Assembly (NCBI GenBank): GCA_030390025.1 | Contig: CM059432.1 | Span: forward strand, 123,878,001-123,942,000 | Source of the DNA: Squalus acanthias | Taxonomy: Eukaryota | Direction of reading: 5' to 3' | DNA length: 64,000 bases | Shown here: positions 28,621-40,912 of the stretch, one piece after another | Position numbering within the stretch: the first letter of the stretch is position 1 | Layout of the letters: each line of letters opens with the position of its first letter | The notes under the pieces: model-generated | Database searches by the model: none | The model's input: the letters and a program-made list of their open reading frames with translations, nothing else | Told to the model about the DNA's origin: nothing | Position numbers and translations under genes: made by a program

Positions 28621-31212
28621 TATATATATGCGGGTAGAACAAATGAAGGACAGAGACACCATGAGTTGCTAGTCCATGTGCTTGCTTTATTAGGCCAGAG
28701 CGAACTGAGCATGCTCATACCATGTGATAATACATTACACTGCTTTCCCCCTTAAAAAAAATGTATGTATTCCCCTCTCAAATACATCAAAACTATGGTC
28801 CCACCTTTCCCAGTGTTACATGTACCACATAACAAAAACTCCTGGCTTTTTTTCTTTTAAATGAACTACAAATCCTACAAATGAACTACAAATCCAGTTT
28901 AATAACAGGTTTGCGGAGCCTTCCTGATCTCCTTAAAGAAGGTTTTTGTGTCGATACAATTTTCGGGCTGTTTTGTTTTGGTTCCGAACTCAAAGATGAT
29001 CCTGTTTCTATCTCAGACTTGTTTGAACCTGGTACCACAGTTACTGAAGTCTGAACTGAGTAAAACTCATGTATGTGTTCATGATCAAGTGGTTCAAGAT
29101 CACTGTCCAATCCAGGCCAGTAAACAAAGCTTCTTGCAATTGATTTCATACTGACGATCCTTGGATGTTCAGTATGAAGTTTGGCCAGAATTCTATCTCT
29201 CAAAGAAGTAGGTACCACCACTCTGTTTCCCCACTTGATACAACCTTGCTCACAAGACAATTCAATACGGCGGTTATGGAATGGTTTCAGTTCTGTGTCC
29301 ATACACTGATCAGTCCATCTATTCAAGATGTTTTCATACACTCTTTTCAGTATTGAGTTCTTTTGAGTCTCATCTGCAATCTCAGTTGCATTCATGGGAA
29401 AGTCTTTGTCAACTGCACCTAGCATGAAAATTACACCTTCACTTCCAGCACATGAGTCCTCATGTGGCAACCTGGACAAGGCATCTGTGATTGCATTTTG
29501 CTTTGAAGTGCGATATACAATCGTGTAGTCATATTGTGCCAATAACACTGCCCAACGTTGCATTCTTGATGTGGCCATTGCAGGGATGGCAGATTTGGGC
29601 CCCAATATTGCTAGGGGTGGTTTGTGATCGGTTATCAGGGTAAACTTTCTGCCGATCAGAAACTGTTGGAATTTCTTGATTCCAAACACTATGGTGAGTG
29701 CTTCCTTTTCAATTGCTGCGTAGTTTCTTTTGCTCTTTGTGAGGGTTCGCAATGCGAACACAATTGGTTTCTCTTGACCATCATCCATTACGTGGCTCTG
29801 TGTCATAATGCACAAGGAGAGCATCACTACAGAGACTTCTCTTACAAGCGTCGTAAGCTTCCTGTTGCGCTTTCGTCCACTTCCACTGGACATCCTTCTT
29901 GAGGAGCTCGTGCAATGGAGCTAACATGGTCGCTAACTCAGGTACGAGTTCAATATCAGGTGTGTCCACTTCAATATTGTGAACTATTCCCTTTTGTTGT
30001 CACTGCTTTGCATTGCCACTAGAATGGTTTTTACTTCCTGCTTTTGATCTAGCTCTGCAAGCTGCTGACATATGGCCTTGCTTCTGGCAGTGAAAACACT
30101 TCATATTTCTGTATTGGCAGGACTGTGTGGAGTGATTTCCATTGCAGCGATAACAATTCACTGAACTGCTCTCACCGACCTGCTTTTGACTCAGTCTCAC
30201 AGCTGTAAGTTTGGCGGTGGCTTTGTGACTGTAGACCTCAGCTGCACTCATCACTTGAGTTGGACGGAGCTCCCTAGCATTCTTAGATGCCATCTCCATA
30301 GTTAGGGCAATTTTGCATGCTATGTCAAACGTTAGGTTCAGAGTGTTCAGTAACTTGGACTGTGTGCACTCATCCACCAGTTCACACACAAACTTATCTC
30401 ACAATGCACGATCCAAAAATGTGCCGAAGTTATAATGCAAAGACAGGTTCTTAAGAGCTACAATGTACTCACTGATGGTTTCACTTTGTTTTTGGTTTCT
30501 GGTACCAAACTTATAGCTCTCTGCTATTTCTAACGACTTTAGGTTGAAATGATACTCGAGTTTCTCGACAATGTCTTCAGACGACACATCCTTTGCTTTC
30601 CATGGTGCGAGTAGGTTTGTCAATGTTCTGTAGACATCTGGCCCGATCTCCACTAGAAAAATTGCTTTTTTCCGTTCACAAGCTTGAACATTCTCATCTG
30701 CACCTTCGGTCTCAATAATATTATTGGCCCTAAAAAACATCTCCATCCACTCAATGTAAGAACTGATGGTTCGCAAGCTCGGTCATACACGCTGAGGCTT
30801 CCAATGAATCCCGTAGGCGCGGCCATGATTGTCCCGATCCCGTTGAACAGTAACTCAGGACGCTACCTGTGTACCTGTGAGAATCAACGCCGCTGTTGCT
30901 GTGTATACATACAGCGAAGCACAGATGATTCTGCATGAACATTAACAGTAAAACATCACCAAAATTCAGTTTAGGTGTCACAACAAATTCATCTTAAACT
31001 TGTCCACTCGAAGGTTGAATACTGTGTCCTTCCATGATCCCTAAAACTTGCTTTGGGATCCCATCCTCATTGCCAAAATATAATATATGTGGGCAGAACA
31101 GATGACGAACAGAGACACCAGTTGCTAGTCCATGTCCTTGCTTTACTAGGCCAGATTGAACTGAGCATGCTCATACTAAACCATGTGACAAACCATATGA
31201 TAATACATTACA
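28621..31212 (-). mobile_element. Internally deleted Ty3/Gypsy LTR retrotransposon inserted in a Deu SINE
   Basis: ~120-130 bp LTRs (28621-28739, ~31079-31212), PBS TGGCAATGAG, PPT AAGGGGGAAAG. Gag with two knuckles (CYRCNGNH, CFHCQKQGH), RNase H (YAAIEKEAL, TDH) and a partial integrase zinc domain; protease, RT core and IN core are missing. Confidence 0.85.
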
Positions 31213-31953
31213 ATGTCCACCTTAACAGGCAGATGGGGCCTTGTTTAACATGTCATCCAAAAGATGGCACCTCTGATGATGCAGCACTCCCTCAATACTG
31301 CACTGGAGTATCAGCCTAGGTTATGTACTCCAGTCCTGGAGTGGGGCTCGACTCAGAGGAGAGAGTGCTACTAACTGAGTCAAACTGACATAATTATATA
31401 ATTAGATTGTTCAAGTCATAATTATATTGTTTCCTTTTCTCAGAAGAAAATATATTGCTAATATTATTACTGACCAATAATCGCTCCACAGAATCATAGA
31501 TTAGACCATTGGATCTCCTGCTCAGGGACAATCCATCAACTGTATTGAGTCACATTATAATGAGCATCTGGCTGGATGAAGATTATCTTGCAGTAATACT
31601 CTCCTAATAGCATAGCTTCAGAATATAGTAATACATAAATAACATTCCTTATGTTCTATCATTTAATGATGCCCACACTCTGCATGGGAATATGGGACTA
31701 TGACAAAGTTTTTAAGTTACACAGCTTTATGTTCTCGAATTATGAGCATCTGTTGACCTGACAGTACCTTTTTGTACTTACCATCCAGTGACAAAGTCAA
31801 ACAGTGCTGAAAACCTTCAAGTGCCACATAGAACAGCTGCTTTATCACAATTACAATCACAACAACGTTCCTTCGAAGGCCATCATCTCCATGCTGCCCC
31901 TGTTGGAGACACAATTAAACCAGGACATCAGGGCAACGTTCAAATAAAACCAG

Positions 31954-32378
31954 GGCAAAAGTGGGTCGCGCCCCCTTTGGGGCGCTAACTTCACCAGGGC
32001 GCTACTTTTAGCGCCCTGAAAAAGTTAGCGCCCCCGCGCCCGAAATTCACTGGTAGCGCCCCAAGAGGGAGGCGGGGCGCTACTGGAAGTGCTCCCCCTC
32101 CCTCTTGGGGCGCTGCGTGTGAATATCGCAGCGCTATGTGCTGCGGTACTGCAGGCCTTCCTCCCCTTATTAAAGTGGAGGGGCCTAGCGCAGCGCGACC
32201 CAGGGCTCAGCTGGGCCACCAGGGATCGGAGTGCCGGCAAAGGAGCCTGGCACTCAAGTGGAGCGCAGCCAGCACCCCGCAGGGGGGCTTCACAGGAGGC
32301 CGGGGACAGCAACGGGGGCATGTGCTGGCACCCTAAGAGGGCGCTAACGGGAGGTGCAAACCAACCGAATTTTTCCCC
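31954..32378 (-). mobile_element. MITE derived from the Harbinger family at 36629
   Basis: Both ends match the ends of 36629-40810 in reverse; CAG TSD. Confidence 0.7.
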
Positions 32379-33299
32379 CAGGACTATATAACTGTCATAA
32401 CCAGTCTCCCTCTGTTATTCATTTTAAAATTCTGAGGGTCGCAACCTGACACAGGGCCAAATGGCCTACTTCTGTGTGAAAGCTGGATGATTGTATGACC
32501 AACAGTTAGCTGCTTTGAGCTGAGAACTCCAGTTCAATGAGTCCCAATAGTTTTGTCTCTTCAGAGGAAGCCAAATGAAATGTCTTCTTGTCTAAAAGGA
32601 TCCCCTGTATCAAGCCTTCATATATATTTAAGATCATAAGTAATTACCTTCGGCAGTATGATAACAGGATTTGTTGTAGCAGTGATGCACAAAGCAGCAT
32701 GTTCATGTGCACAGTTTACAATACTGCAGTAGACTAACAAGCTAGGCTGTGAATGGCCAGAGCGCCAGGGGCCAATATTCCAACCGACAGGTAATTACAG
32801 TGTTAGTCATTAAAATAGCAGGGGAATGTCAAGCTTTAAATAAGCTAGTATCTGGTGAGCTGCATGTTTTGTGGTCATTTTTGATAATGGAGAAAAGAGA
32901 GAGCACTGTCTGTCAGTGTGTTATTTTAGAAGATACACACACGAACGCACACGCGCACACTGCAGGATCCTGTTCCTTACAGCTCAGGACTTAAGGCTGC
33001 AATCACATCTCCTTTGACGCAAGGAAATAATTATCTGGTGGCAGCAGTGATAAGGCCTGACTCATCTCAAGACAGTCTATCCATTATACAAGCCTTAGCA
33101 ATAGTTTCTAGCTATCACTGCTCAGAGATAAAAGAAATTCAGAAAACTGATGTTGACTCCCTCTCCCTTTATTACCTGCATGAGGTAAAAGAATAAAGAA
33201 AAGCCTTCCATTAATATAACGCCTTTCATGACCTCAGGATGTCCCAAAGCACTTTACAGCCAATGAAGTACTTTTGAAGTGTAGTCACTGTTGTAATGT

Positions 33300-34050
33300 A
33301 TTATCACCAAAAAGCGAGCATCTAATTACTGCCCCTTGACATTCAATGGCATTACCATCACCGAATCCCCCATCATCAACATCCTGGGGGGTCACCATTG
33401 ACCAGAAACTTAACTGGACCAGCCACATAAATCCTGGCAACAAGAGCAGATCAGAGGCTGGGTATTCTGCAGCGAGCATCTCACCTCCTGACTCCCCAAA
33501 GCCTTTCCACCATCTACAAGACACAAGTCAGGAGTGTCATGGAATACTCTCCACTTGCCTGGATGAGTGCAGCTCCAACAACATTCAAGATGCTCGACAC
33601 CATCCAAGACAAAGCAGCCTGCTTGATTGGCACCTCATCCACCACCTTAAACATTCACTCCCTCCACCACTGGCGTACCGTGGCTGCAGTGTGTACCATC
33701 TACAAGATGCACCGCAGGAACTCGCCAAGGCTTCTTTGGCAGCACCTCCCAAACCCGCGACCTCTACCACCTAGAAAGACAAGGGCAGTAGGCACATGGG
33801 AACACCACCACCTCCAAGTTTCCCTCCAAGTCATACACCATCCTGACTTGGAAGTATATCGTCGATCCTTCATCATCGCTGGGTCAAAATCTGGAACTCC
33901 CTCCCTAAAAGCACTGTGTGAGTACCTTCACCACACGGACTGCAGCGGTTCAAGAAGGCGGCTCACCACCACCTTCTCAAGGGCAATTAGGGATGGGCAA
34001 TAAATGCTGGCCTTGCCAGCAACACCCACATCCCATGAATGAATAAAAAT
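33300..34050 (+). mobile_element. CR1/L2-group LINE 3' end
   Basis: GVTIDQKLNWTSHI and MEYSPLAW...LDTIQDKAACLI; ends with AATAAATG and an A-rich tail. Confidence 0.7.
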
Positions 34051-34124
34051 AAATGTAGAATACACAGATACTGTTGCACGGAAAAATCTTACATTGCCAC
34101 AGAAATGGTAGGGGAGCTGAAGCG

Positions 34125-34420
34125 AACTGGGTAGCACAATGGCTTAGACAATGGTGTTTCATTGTGACATATTTACAAATCCAGCTCAGACTGATAGGCT
34201 GAAAGGTTACTCAGTCTTCTGGCTGTAAAGGTCTGCTATGAGATTAATTTGAGCAGTCTTCATCCAGTTCCTAGCAGGCTTGGGTCCACTACACAAAATT
34301 GCACCTAATTTGAACTAAATTTGGAATCTCAGTCAGAGTCCACAGGATGACTAGTATAGGAAATGGGAAAATGTCACACTCGTGCACTGCTACATAAAGG
34401 TTCATCTTGAGACTCGTGCT
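34125..34420 (+). mobile_element. Ancient LF-SINE-like element
   Basis: AAATCCAGCTCAG...GAAAG...TCCAGTTCCTAG...GTCCAC...CACAAAA blocks resemble my recollection of the LF-SINE consensus; not aligned. Confidence 0.4.
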
Positions 34421-34749
34421 TGAGAATATTGTTAAGACAGAGCAGAGGGAGCTTTACTCTGTATCTATTCATGCAACATCGACCCGAGGCGTACTTGGCC
34501 CTGACAATGGGTACTCAAATTGGAAAGTGTTCCATTGCCTAGCATTAGCACCATTCACTTGAAGTGATTAAGTGTAAAAAAATATATAAGCGGTATGGTA
34601 GGAAACACAAAGCATTTTGTATTGGGCATAAGGTAAAAGATGCAGAAGTAGTAGCATTATGCGGCCCAATAGTTCTAGCATAATTGGACTCAGATTTGGA
34701 GGAATGAGATCTTGAATCCCAGTCTTGACCGATATTCAAACTTGCCCAT

Positions 34750-36281
34750 TGTAAGGGGTTACGTGTGGCTCTGGGCTTAGCCTGGATGCTAGTGCAGGGT
34801 TAGGCCTTGTTGCCTGTTCTGGTCTCCAGCCAGCCTGGTAACACTAGACACCTGTGAGTGGTTCGACCCACTCGCCCTTACGGTTCTGACACTGGACTTA
34901 GGTGCGAGAGCAATAATGCAGAGAAAACTCAAGTAGACCCGGTTGAATAGTGCGAAATGGAAAATCTTTATTGCATATTATTCAAGATTACGAAATACAT
35001 GTCATAAGCACAGATTAATGACAGTACAAACTTACATACATTTATGCAACTAGGTTTAGGGAAACGAGGAGCGCACGACACATCGAAAAAGGGGACACAC
35101 ATTATAATTATCCTTAAAACATAAACCCTCCCCTATCAATACCTGTCCTAATCTGGATCTGTAGGATCGAGACTCATGCTCACCACTCGTGATAACTCGG
35201 AGAATTCCGAAACTCTGCTCGGATGTTTTTACCGCAGCACCTGACTATCCACGTGTTGATTAGGGGTCTCTGTACCCCACTTGTTTACTCGCTTCTGCTC
35301 CGGCTAGCAGGCTGGACCGTCTGCTGTCATGAAGATCTGTGTTGTCCTCGGAACTCTGATAAAACTCAAAGAAGAGTCTTCCTATGCCCGGCACCAGTTG
35401 CCGTGTCGATACGTATTGTCGTCTTCTTCTCTTCTCATCTCATCTCATCTCATCTCCTCTCGGGCCTTCGGTTCCAACACCATTTACCAACTTCTCGGGA
35501 TGGTGCGCCCGCTTCCAGGCCTTCACAGCCCAGTTCTCCACAGATCTTCGCGGCAAGCCACGAGGTTGATCCTGACGGATCAGAGTCCAGAGTCGTCAGG
35601 CAAGAGAATAAGAGTTCAGCAGCCTTCCAGCGAGTCAAAGCAGCAAGAGAAAGATGGACGGTTGTACTTTACAGTTATAGTGCTGTAATTCCTATTTTCC
35701 CGTCCAATCTTAATGTCTATCTTTTGTCATGTTTTGGCGCTGAAAACTTCTTGTATGGGGTGATCTCAGTCTTTAATGGGTTTCGGTGACACTTGTAACT
35801 GTTTGAGTACCCGTTAATATTTCTCCCATTGTGGAACCAGCTAGTAGTCTCCCTGGAGGGGTTTTGGGGCTTCCAAATGCTTGCTGTGAGTACCCGCGAA
35901 TGGCTCTCTCATCGTAGAGCCGTGGGGATTTTGCATATTAATGTCTTTGGATGGGTCCTTGATCGCCCAGTACAATAGTCCTTGTTTGTACCTGGAAGAC
36001 CGATTCCAGTATTTATGTTTAAAATGCAAACCCATCGCGTCTTGTCATTATCTCAAATGTGCTGAGTCCTGTCCGATCTCGCTGAAATGTTTATTGAAAC
36101 ACCATCTTGTCTGCCTACTGAAAGTCTAGAACTTTCTGCCACGAGCCGTGGCGGCCATTTTACAGGCTGCTTGTGTCCTTTTTGAAACATGACAGCATTT
36201 TTCCGAAATAAAGCTGTTTATACGAAACTTTATGTCTTCTTCTTATTATTATAAAATCGCGATAATTTTGCAAATTCTACA
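34750..36281 (-). repeat. 3' LTR (1532 bp)
   Basis: Direct repeat of 51538-53068; preceded on the minus strand by a purine tract. Confidence 0.95.
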
Positions 36282-36290
36282 GTCCCTCCT
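36282..36290 (-). other. Polypurine tract (AGGAGGGAC)
   Basis: Directly abuts the TG of the 3' LTR. Confidence 0.65.
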
Positions 36291-37132
36291 GTTGATGCGA
36301 ATAACTCCGCTTATCATATCAAAAACATTGTGGTGAGCAATATTATCTTGATTCTCCATATCCAAAAAAAAATTCCCATAACTTAAACTATCTAGGGTCT
36401 TCATGTCGTCCTTATTTCCCAGGAAAATTACATTCTTATAACACCGTAGGCAGCATTTGCCTTCAACTTACACCGCGTGTATTTCCTTCTAGGTGTAACC
36501 AGGCCGATGCCTCTCGCACCACTGCATATGCATATTTTTTATTCAAGGAAAAAGAAAAAACAACAACCAAACAATCATATTCAACAACACCAAATCAAAA
36601 TAATCAAAAACCAACTCTTAAACATGTAGGGGGAAAAATTCAGTTGGTTGCGCCTCCCGTTAGTGCCTTAAGAAGGTGCTAATGGGGCGCAAAGCAGCTA
36701 GCGCCCGGGCGCAGCGATGTTTGCGCCGCTCGGGAACTTAACTAGACATTTTGCGGCGGCGCTAAACTTTATCGCCGCGATCTCCTGCGTGTGCAGATTG
36801 TGACGTCATACGAGAGTGCAACGCCCTTGTGGCGCCCCGGAGCAAAATTTCAGTGGCGCCCCCATCCTTACCGCCTGGCGCATCCAACGACCGGTAGAGT
36901 GGAATGCTATCATTTGCTGTGGGGCTGGGGGGGGCGCTATTTAAAGGGGGCGGGGGCCTCTTCCTGTCTTTCTCTGTGGTGGACATTTTTGCACCACTCG
37001 TTCTGAGAGAGAGAGAGAGATTCGGAGAGAGAGAAAGAGAGACTTCTGCATTGAGTCAATGCTGTGTGAGGTAGTTTTGGCTACTCATCCTAACTTCGCT
37101 GGTACTTTGGTTTCTGGCCTTCATAACTTTGC

Positions 37133-38296
37133 ATGCTAAGAGATATGGGGGCTGCACTGATGGGGGGCGTCGTCCTGCGCCAGCTGAATCGGAGGAGACA
37201 GAGACGCAGAGAGAGAGTGGCAATGATGGCCAGACGGAGGAGGGCCAACAGGCGTCTGTACAGGAGAGCTTACCCTCCCAGGGTATATCGTGAACAGCTC
37301 TCCTACATTCATATGTCTGAGGAGCAGTGTCTGCGAAGGCTGCGCTTCAGCAAGGAGGTGGTCACTGAGCTCTGCCACCTGCTGCAGCCAGATCTGCAGC
37401 CTCAACTGAGGTCCAGGACGTCTCTGTCGGTGGCAGTGAAGGTCACAGTGGCTCTGAACTTTTATGCTACTGGCTCATTTCAATCTGCTGTTGGGGACAT
37501 CGCCAGTATCTCCCAGTTCGCGGTGCATTGCTGCATCAGGAAGGTCACAAATGCCCTCTTTAAAAGGAGACGAGAGTTCATCTCTTTCCCCATGACCCCA
37601 GACAAGCAGCAAGAACGCGCTCTGGGCTTTGCGAGGATAGCGGGCTTCCCCATGGTGCAGGGCGCCATTGACTGCACGCATGTGGCTTTCCGTGCTCCGC
37701 ATGAGAATGTCGAGGATTTCCGGAACAGAAAGGGGTTCCATTCCTTGAATGTTCAGTTGGTCTGTGACCACAGACAGCTGATACTCGCTGTCAATGCCCA
37801 GTATCCTGGCAGCTGCCACGATGCTTTCATCCTGCGCCAGACTACTGTGGCAGAACTTTTCGAGGCACCGCATCAGCCAGTTGGTTGGCTTCTTGGGGAC
37901 AAGGGATATCCACTGAGCACCTGGCTGATGACACCGCTCCGTACGCCCAACACCCCTGCTGAGCTGCCGTACAACGAGAGCCATCAAGCTACCAGGAACA
38001 TCGTGGAGCACACAATCGGCATGCTCAAGCAATGGTTCCGCTGTCTCGACCATTCTGGAGGAGCCCTGCAGTACTCGCCTGAGCGAGTTTCCAACATCGT
38101 AGTTGTGTGCTGCATGCTGCATAACATGGCAATCCTCAGGACCCAGCCAATGCCACCAGGCCTTGGAGCACCGCCAGAGGAGGAGGAGGAAGAGGAGGAG
38201 GAGGATGATCAGCAGCAGCACCAAGGCGTGAGGGCGGCCCACAATGGTGAAACTGCAAGGGCCGTCCGTCAGCGGCTGATAGCAAGCCGCTTCTAG
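37133..38296 (+). CDS. Harbinger DDE transposase (HARBI1-like family), 387 aa, uninterrupted
   Basis: [35 protein letters not shown] and RNIVEHTIGMLK motifs. Confidence 0.92.
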   Translation: MLRDMGAALMGGVVLRQLNRRRQRRRERVAMMARRRRANRRLYRRAYPPRVYREQLSYIHMSEEQCLRRLRFSKEVVTELCHLLQPDLQPQLRSRTSLSVAVKVTVALNFYATGSFQSAVGDIASISQFAVHCCIRKVTNALFKRRREFISFPMTPDKQQERALGFARIAGFPMVQGAIDCTHVAFRAPHENVEDFRNRKGFHSLNVQLVCDHRQLILAVNAQYPGSCHDAFILRQTTVAELFEAPHQPVGWLLGDKGYPLSTWLMTPLRTPNTPAELPYNESHQATRNIVEHTIGMLKQWFRCLDHSGGALQYSPERVSNIVVVCCMLHNMAILRTQPMPPGLGAPPEEEEEEEEEDDQQQHQGVRAAHNGETARAVRQRLIASRF

Positions 38297-38607
38297 GCCC
38301 CTGCTGTGGAAATGGCTTCTGCCATTGAGAACAGCATGAATGAACCCAACACGCAACCCCTAAGCCGGCCAAGGCACCAATGATTCCAAACACCAAACAT
38401 GTATATTTTGAGTACCAAAACTTATTTATTTTACAAACTCTGTGTGTGTCATTTCTTCATGTCAAACTCATACAAATAAACACAAAAAAACAGTCATTAC
38501 CATAACTGGTTCTCACAACCTGGAGATCATGTGCAAAACACTCAACAAAAGTTTGACCACGAACCTCGGCCTTTAATAAAAAAATGACCAGCATTTTGTC
38601 ACACCTC

Positions 38608-40450
38608 CTACATTGAGGGTGAACTCCTTCCCGTGCGCCCTTCCCCCCTTCTTACCCTACTGCTCCTCCGCAATGGGACCTCAGTGGCTGCAGCAAGGCT
38701 GGTGGAAGGCTGCTGACTGTCAGGCCCTGACAATGCAGATGCCCTTGAGGGACGGCCTCGACCAGTTCTCGGCCTGGAGGGCCCGGCTGCAGACTGCACC
38801 AACTCTGCATGGGCGGCAGCAGTCTGTCCTACAGGCGGTGGCAACTGCAGTGGAGAAGTGACAGTGGTGGCAGCAGGAATGCTGTCATCTTGAGCGAGGA
38901 CAGCAACTCCCTGCTCGACCGGCACACTGGCACTCCCACGGGGCAGCACCTCAGCATCCGGAGCAATCTGCTGGAGCACAGATTGCTGGCCTGCTGCGGC
39001 GCGGTGAGAGCCCCGGGAAATGTGAACGAACCAGCGAGGATGGCAGCAGACAGTGCTCGCGTGGCCTCAATCTGAGTCTGCATGAGAGCAGTCTGAGATT
39101 GAATTGCAGCACTGAGCTTCAGTGTCGCATCCGCCTGCGCTGCAGCGAAGTGCTCCACACTCCTTGCCAGTGCTTCAATGCATTCGGGCACCCTACCCAC
39201 TGCAGCCATGAGCTCAGTGTGCATGCCCACCGCCTGGGTGTTCATTTCTGCGATCAGCCGCTCCTCCTCTGCGTCCAGTGCAGCAGGACTCGCTGGCATA
39301 CTCTCCCTCCGGGGAGAAGGCCCCCGAGCTTCCCTACCCCCATCGCGTTGCTGCAGCCCGCTGGGTCTTGGAGCTTCACCCTCATCAGACCCTTCCCCCC
39401 TGCTCCCCTCCAGGGAAGGCGTGTTCCCAGTGTCGGCATGGGCTTCCTCGGGAGAGGGTGGCACTGATGCTCCAGCTTCCTCTTCCTCCTCGGCTGCAGC
39501 TTCACTCCCACTGGCAGCTTGAGGGCCCGTCTCCTCAGCTGGTGAATCACCATCTGAAAGCAGGGAGGTACAAGAGTGGCTTTAGCGTGAGGACAGGGTG
39601 GCAGTAAGGGAGGAATAAGTGCAGCGAGTTAGCAAGTTGGATTGAAAGTGTCAAAGGCTGGTGTTGTGAGGGACAAGTGGAAGGACAGAGGACAAAAAGG
39701 TGATGACCTTACCATTGCTGTCCAGAACGGGGTCGGCGTCTCCAGTGGCGACGGGACCGATCACCCGGCTTGCCACAATGCTGTGGACGCGCTCCTCAAG
39801 ATCGCTGAGGGGTTGCAGCTGAGGCCGCCCTCCACCCGTCCGTTGTTGCTGTCTCCTATTGTGCGCCAGCTTGGCCTGCAAGAAAAAGGACGGCGTCTGA
39901 GTAAATATACAGCCATGGTCTTGCCTGATGTGCCTCCCATAGGTGAATAGCCCTTACTGTATACAGCCATGGTCTTGCCTGATGTGCCTCCCATAGTTGA
40001 ATAGCCCTAACTGTATACAGCCATGGTCTTGCCTGATGTGCCTCCCATAGGTGAATAGCCCTTACTGTATGCAAAGTATGGAATGCGTGTGTGTGCTTCA
40101 TGAAAGGGCCATAGGTGTTGGATGAGTGTTGTTAATTGGGGTTTTAAGACCCTCTGGCCATAGAGTGAGGTTGAGATGGAGGGATGGAGAGGTATTGCAA
40201 AAAAGCCACTCACCCTGACGACCCGAGTGAGGTCGTTGAACTTTTTCCGGCATTGGACATGTGTCCTGGGCACCATGCTCCTGGAGGAGACGCGCTGAGC
40301 CACCTCCCTCCACACTCTTCTGTAGTCGCGCGGCAAAGGCCTCCTGCCACTCTCTGGGTACAGTATTGCTCTTCGGCGCTCCACCGCGCCAACCAGAGCA
40401 TCCAGGGCCCGCTCGGTGAAGCGCTCAGCTCGTTCTCTCGCCCTCTCCAT
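38608..40450 (-). pseudogene. Harbinger Myb/SANT-like protein, 3 exons (40450-40214, 39875-39713, 39553-38608), one frameshift near 38980
   Basis: WREVAQRV...RTHVQCRKKFNDL; GT-AG introns with compatible phases; coiled-coil region and RRSSR tail. Confidence 0.85.
39907..40070. repeat. Short tandem repeat (~54-bp unit x3) in Myb intron 1
   Basis: TATACAGCCATGGTCTTGCCTGATGTGCCTCCCATAG occurs three times. Confidence 0.85.
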
Positions 40451-40912
40451 CCTTGGCTGGAAAATGGAATCTCAGGTCTCTCCATGTCGAAATTCAAGGC
40501 TGCAATGAGCAGGGTGTGGCTGGGGAGCAAGATTGCCCCCCCCCCCTTTAAGAACTGGCCGGCGCCAGTGTGTCTGTGTTCCCTCGCTAACTGGCAGCAC
40601 CTGCGCTGCGCTCGCGCTCTGAGTTAGCGCCTCACTCCTCGGCCTTTGCTCCTTAAGACAGGTGTGCAGCGACTGATTTAGCGCTCCAATCACCTCCCGG
40701 GACATTAAAAGTGAAGTTTCCAGTCAGTGGCGATAATTAGCGCCAGGCGCTAATTTTTGCGCCCGGACGATATTTGCGCCCCAAATGGGGCGCGACTGAA
40801 TTTTTCCCCCGTAGAGTTCCAAACTTAATTACAGTTTCTGAGAAAAATCACGATCAATTACAACAATTCCGAGGCGCACGTGGAAAAACTGGAGTGACGC
40901 CATTTTGTCTGT

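Larger units (their letters stand above)
36629..40810. mobile_element. Near-intact autonomous Harbinger transposon inserted in the proviral 3' UTR
   Basis: Perfect 16-bp TIR GGGGGAAAAATTCAGT, GTA TSD (36626-36628, 40811-40813) and two convergent genes. Confidence 0.95.

Noticed and set aside
35223..35789. 188-aa plus-strand ORF present in both LTRs
   Set aside because: Antisense, no recognisable motif, retained only because the LTRs are ~98% identical, and not preserved in the sister solo LTR.
37133..38296. Domesticated host HARBI1 gene
   Set aside because: It is flanked by TIRs and a TSD and paired with a Myb-like gene, so it is a transposon.
37475..38356. 293-aa minus-strand ORF
   Set aside because: Antisense shadow of the Harbinger transposase.
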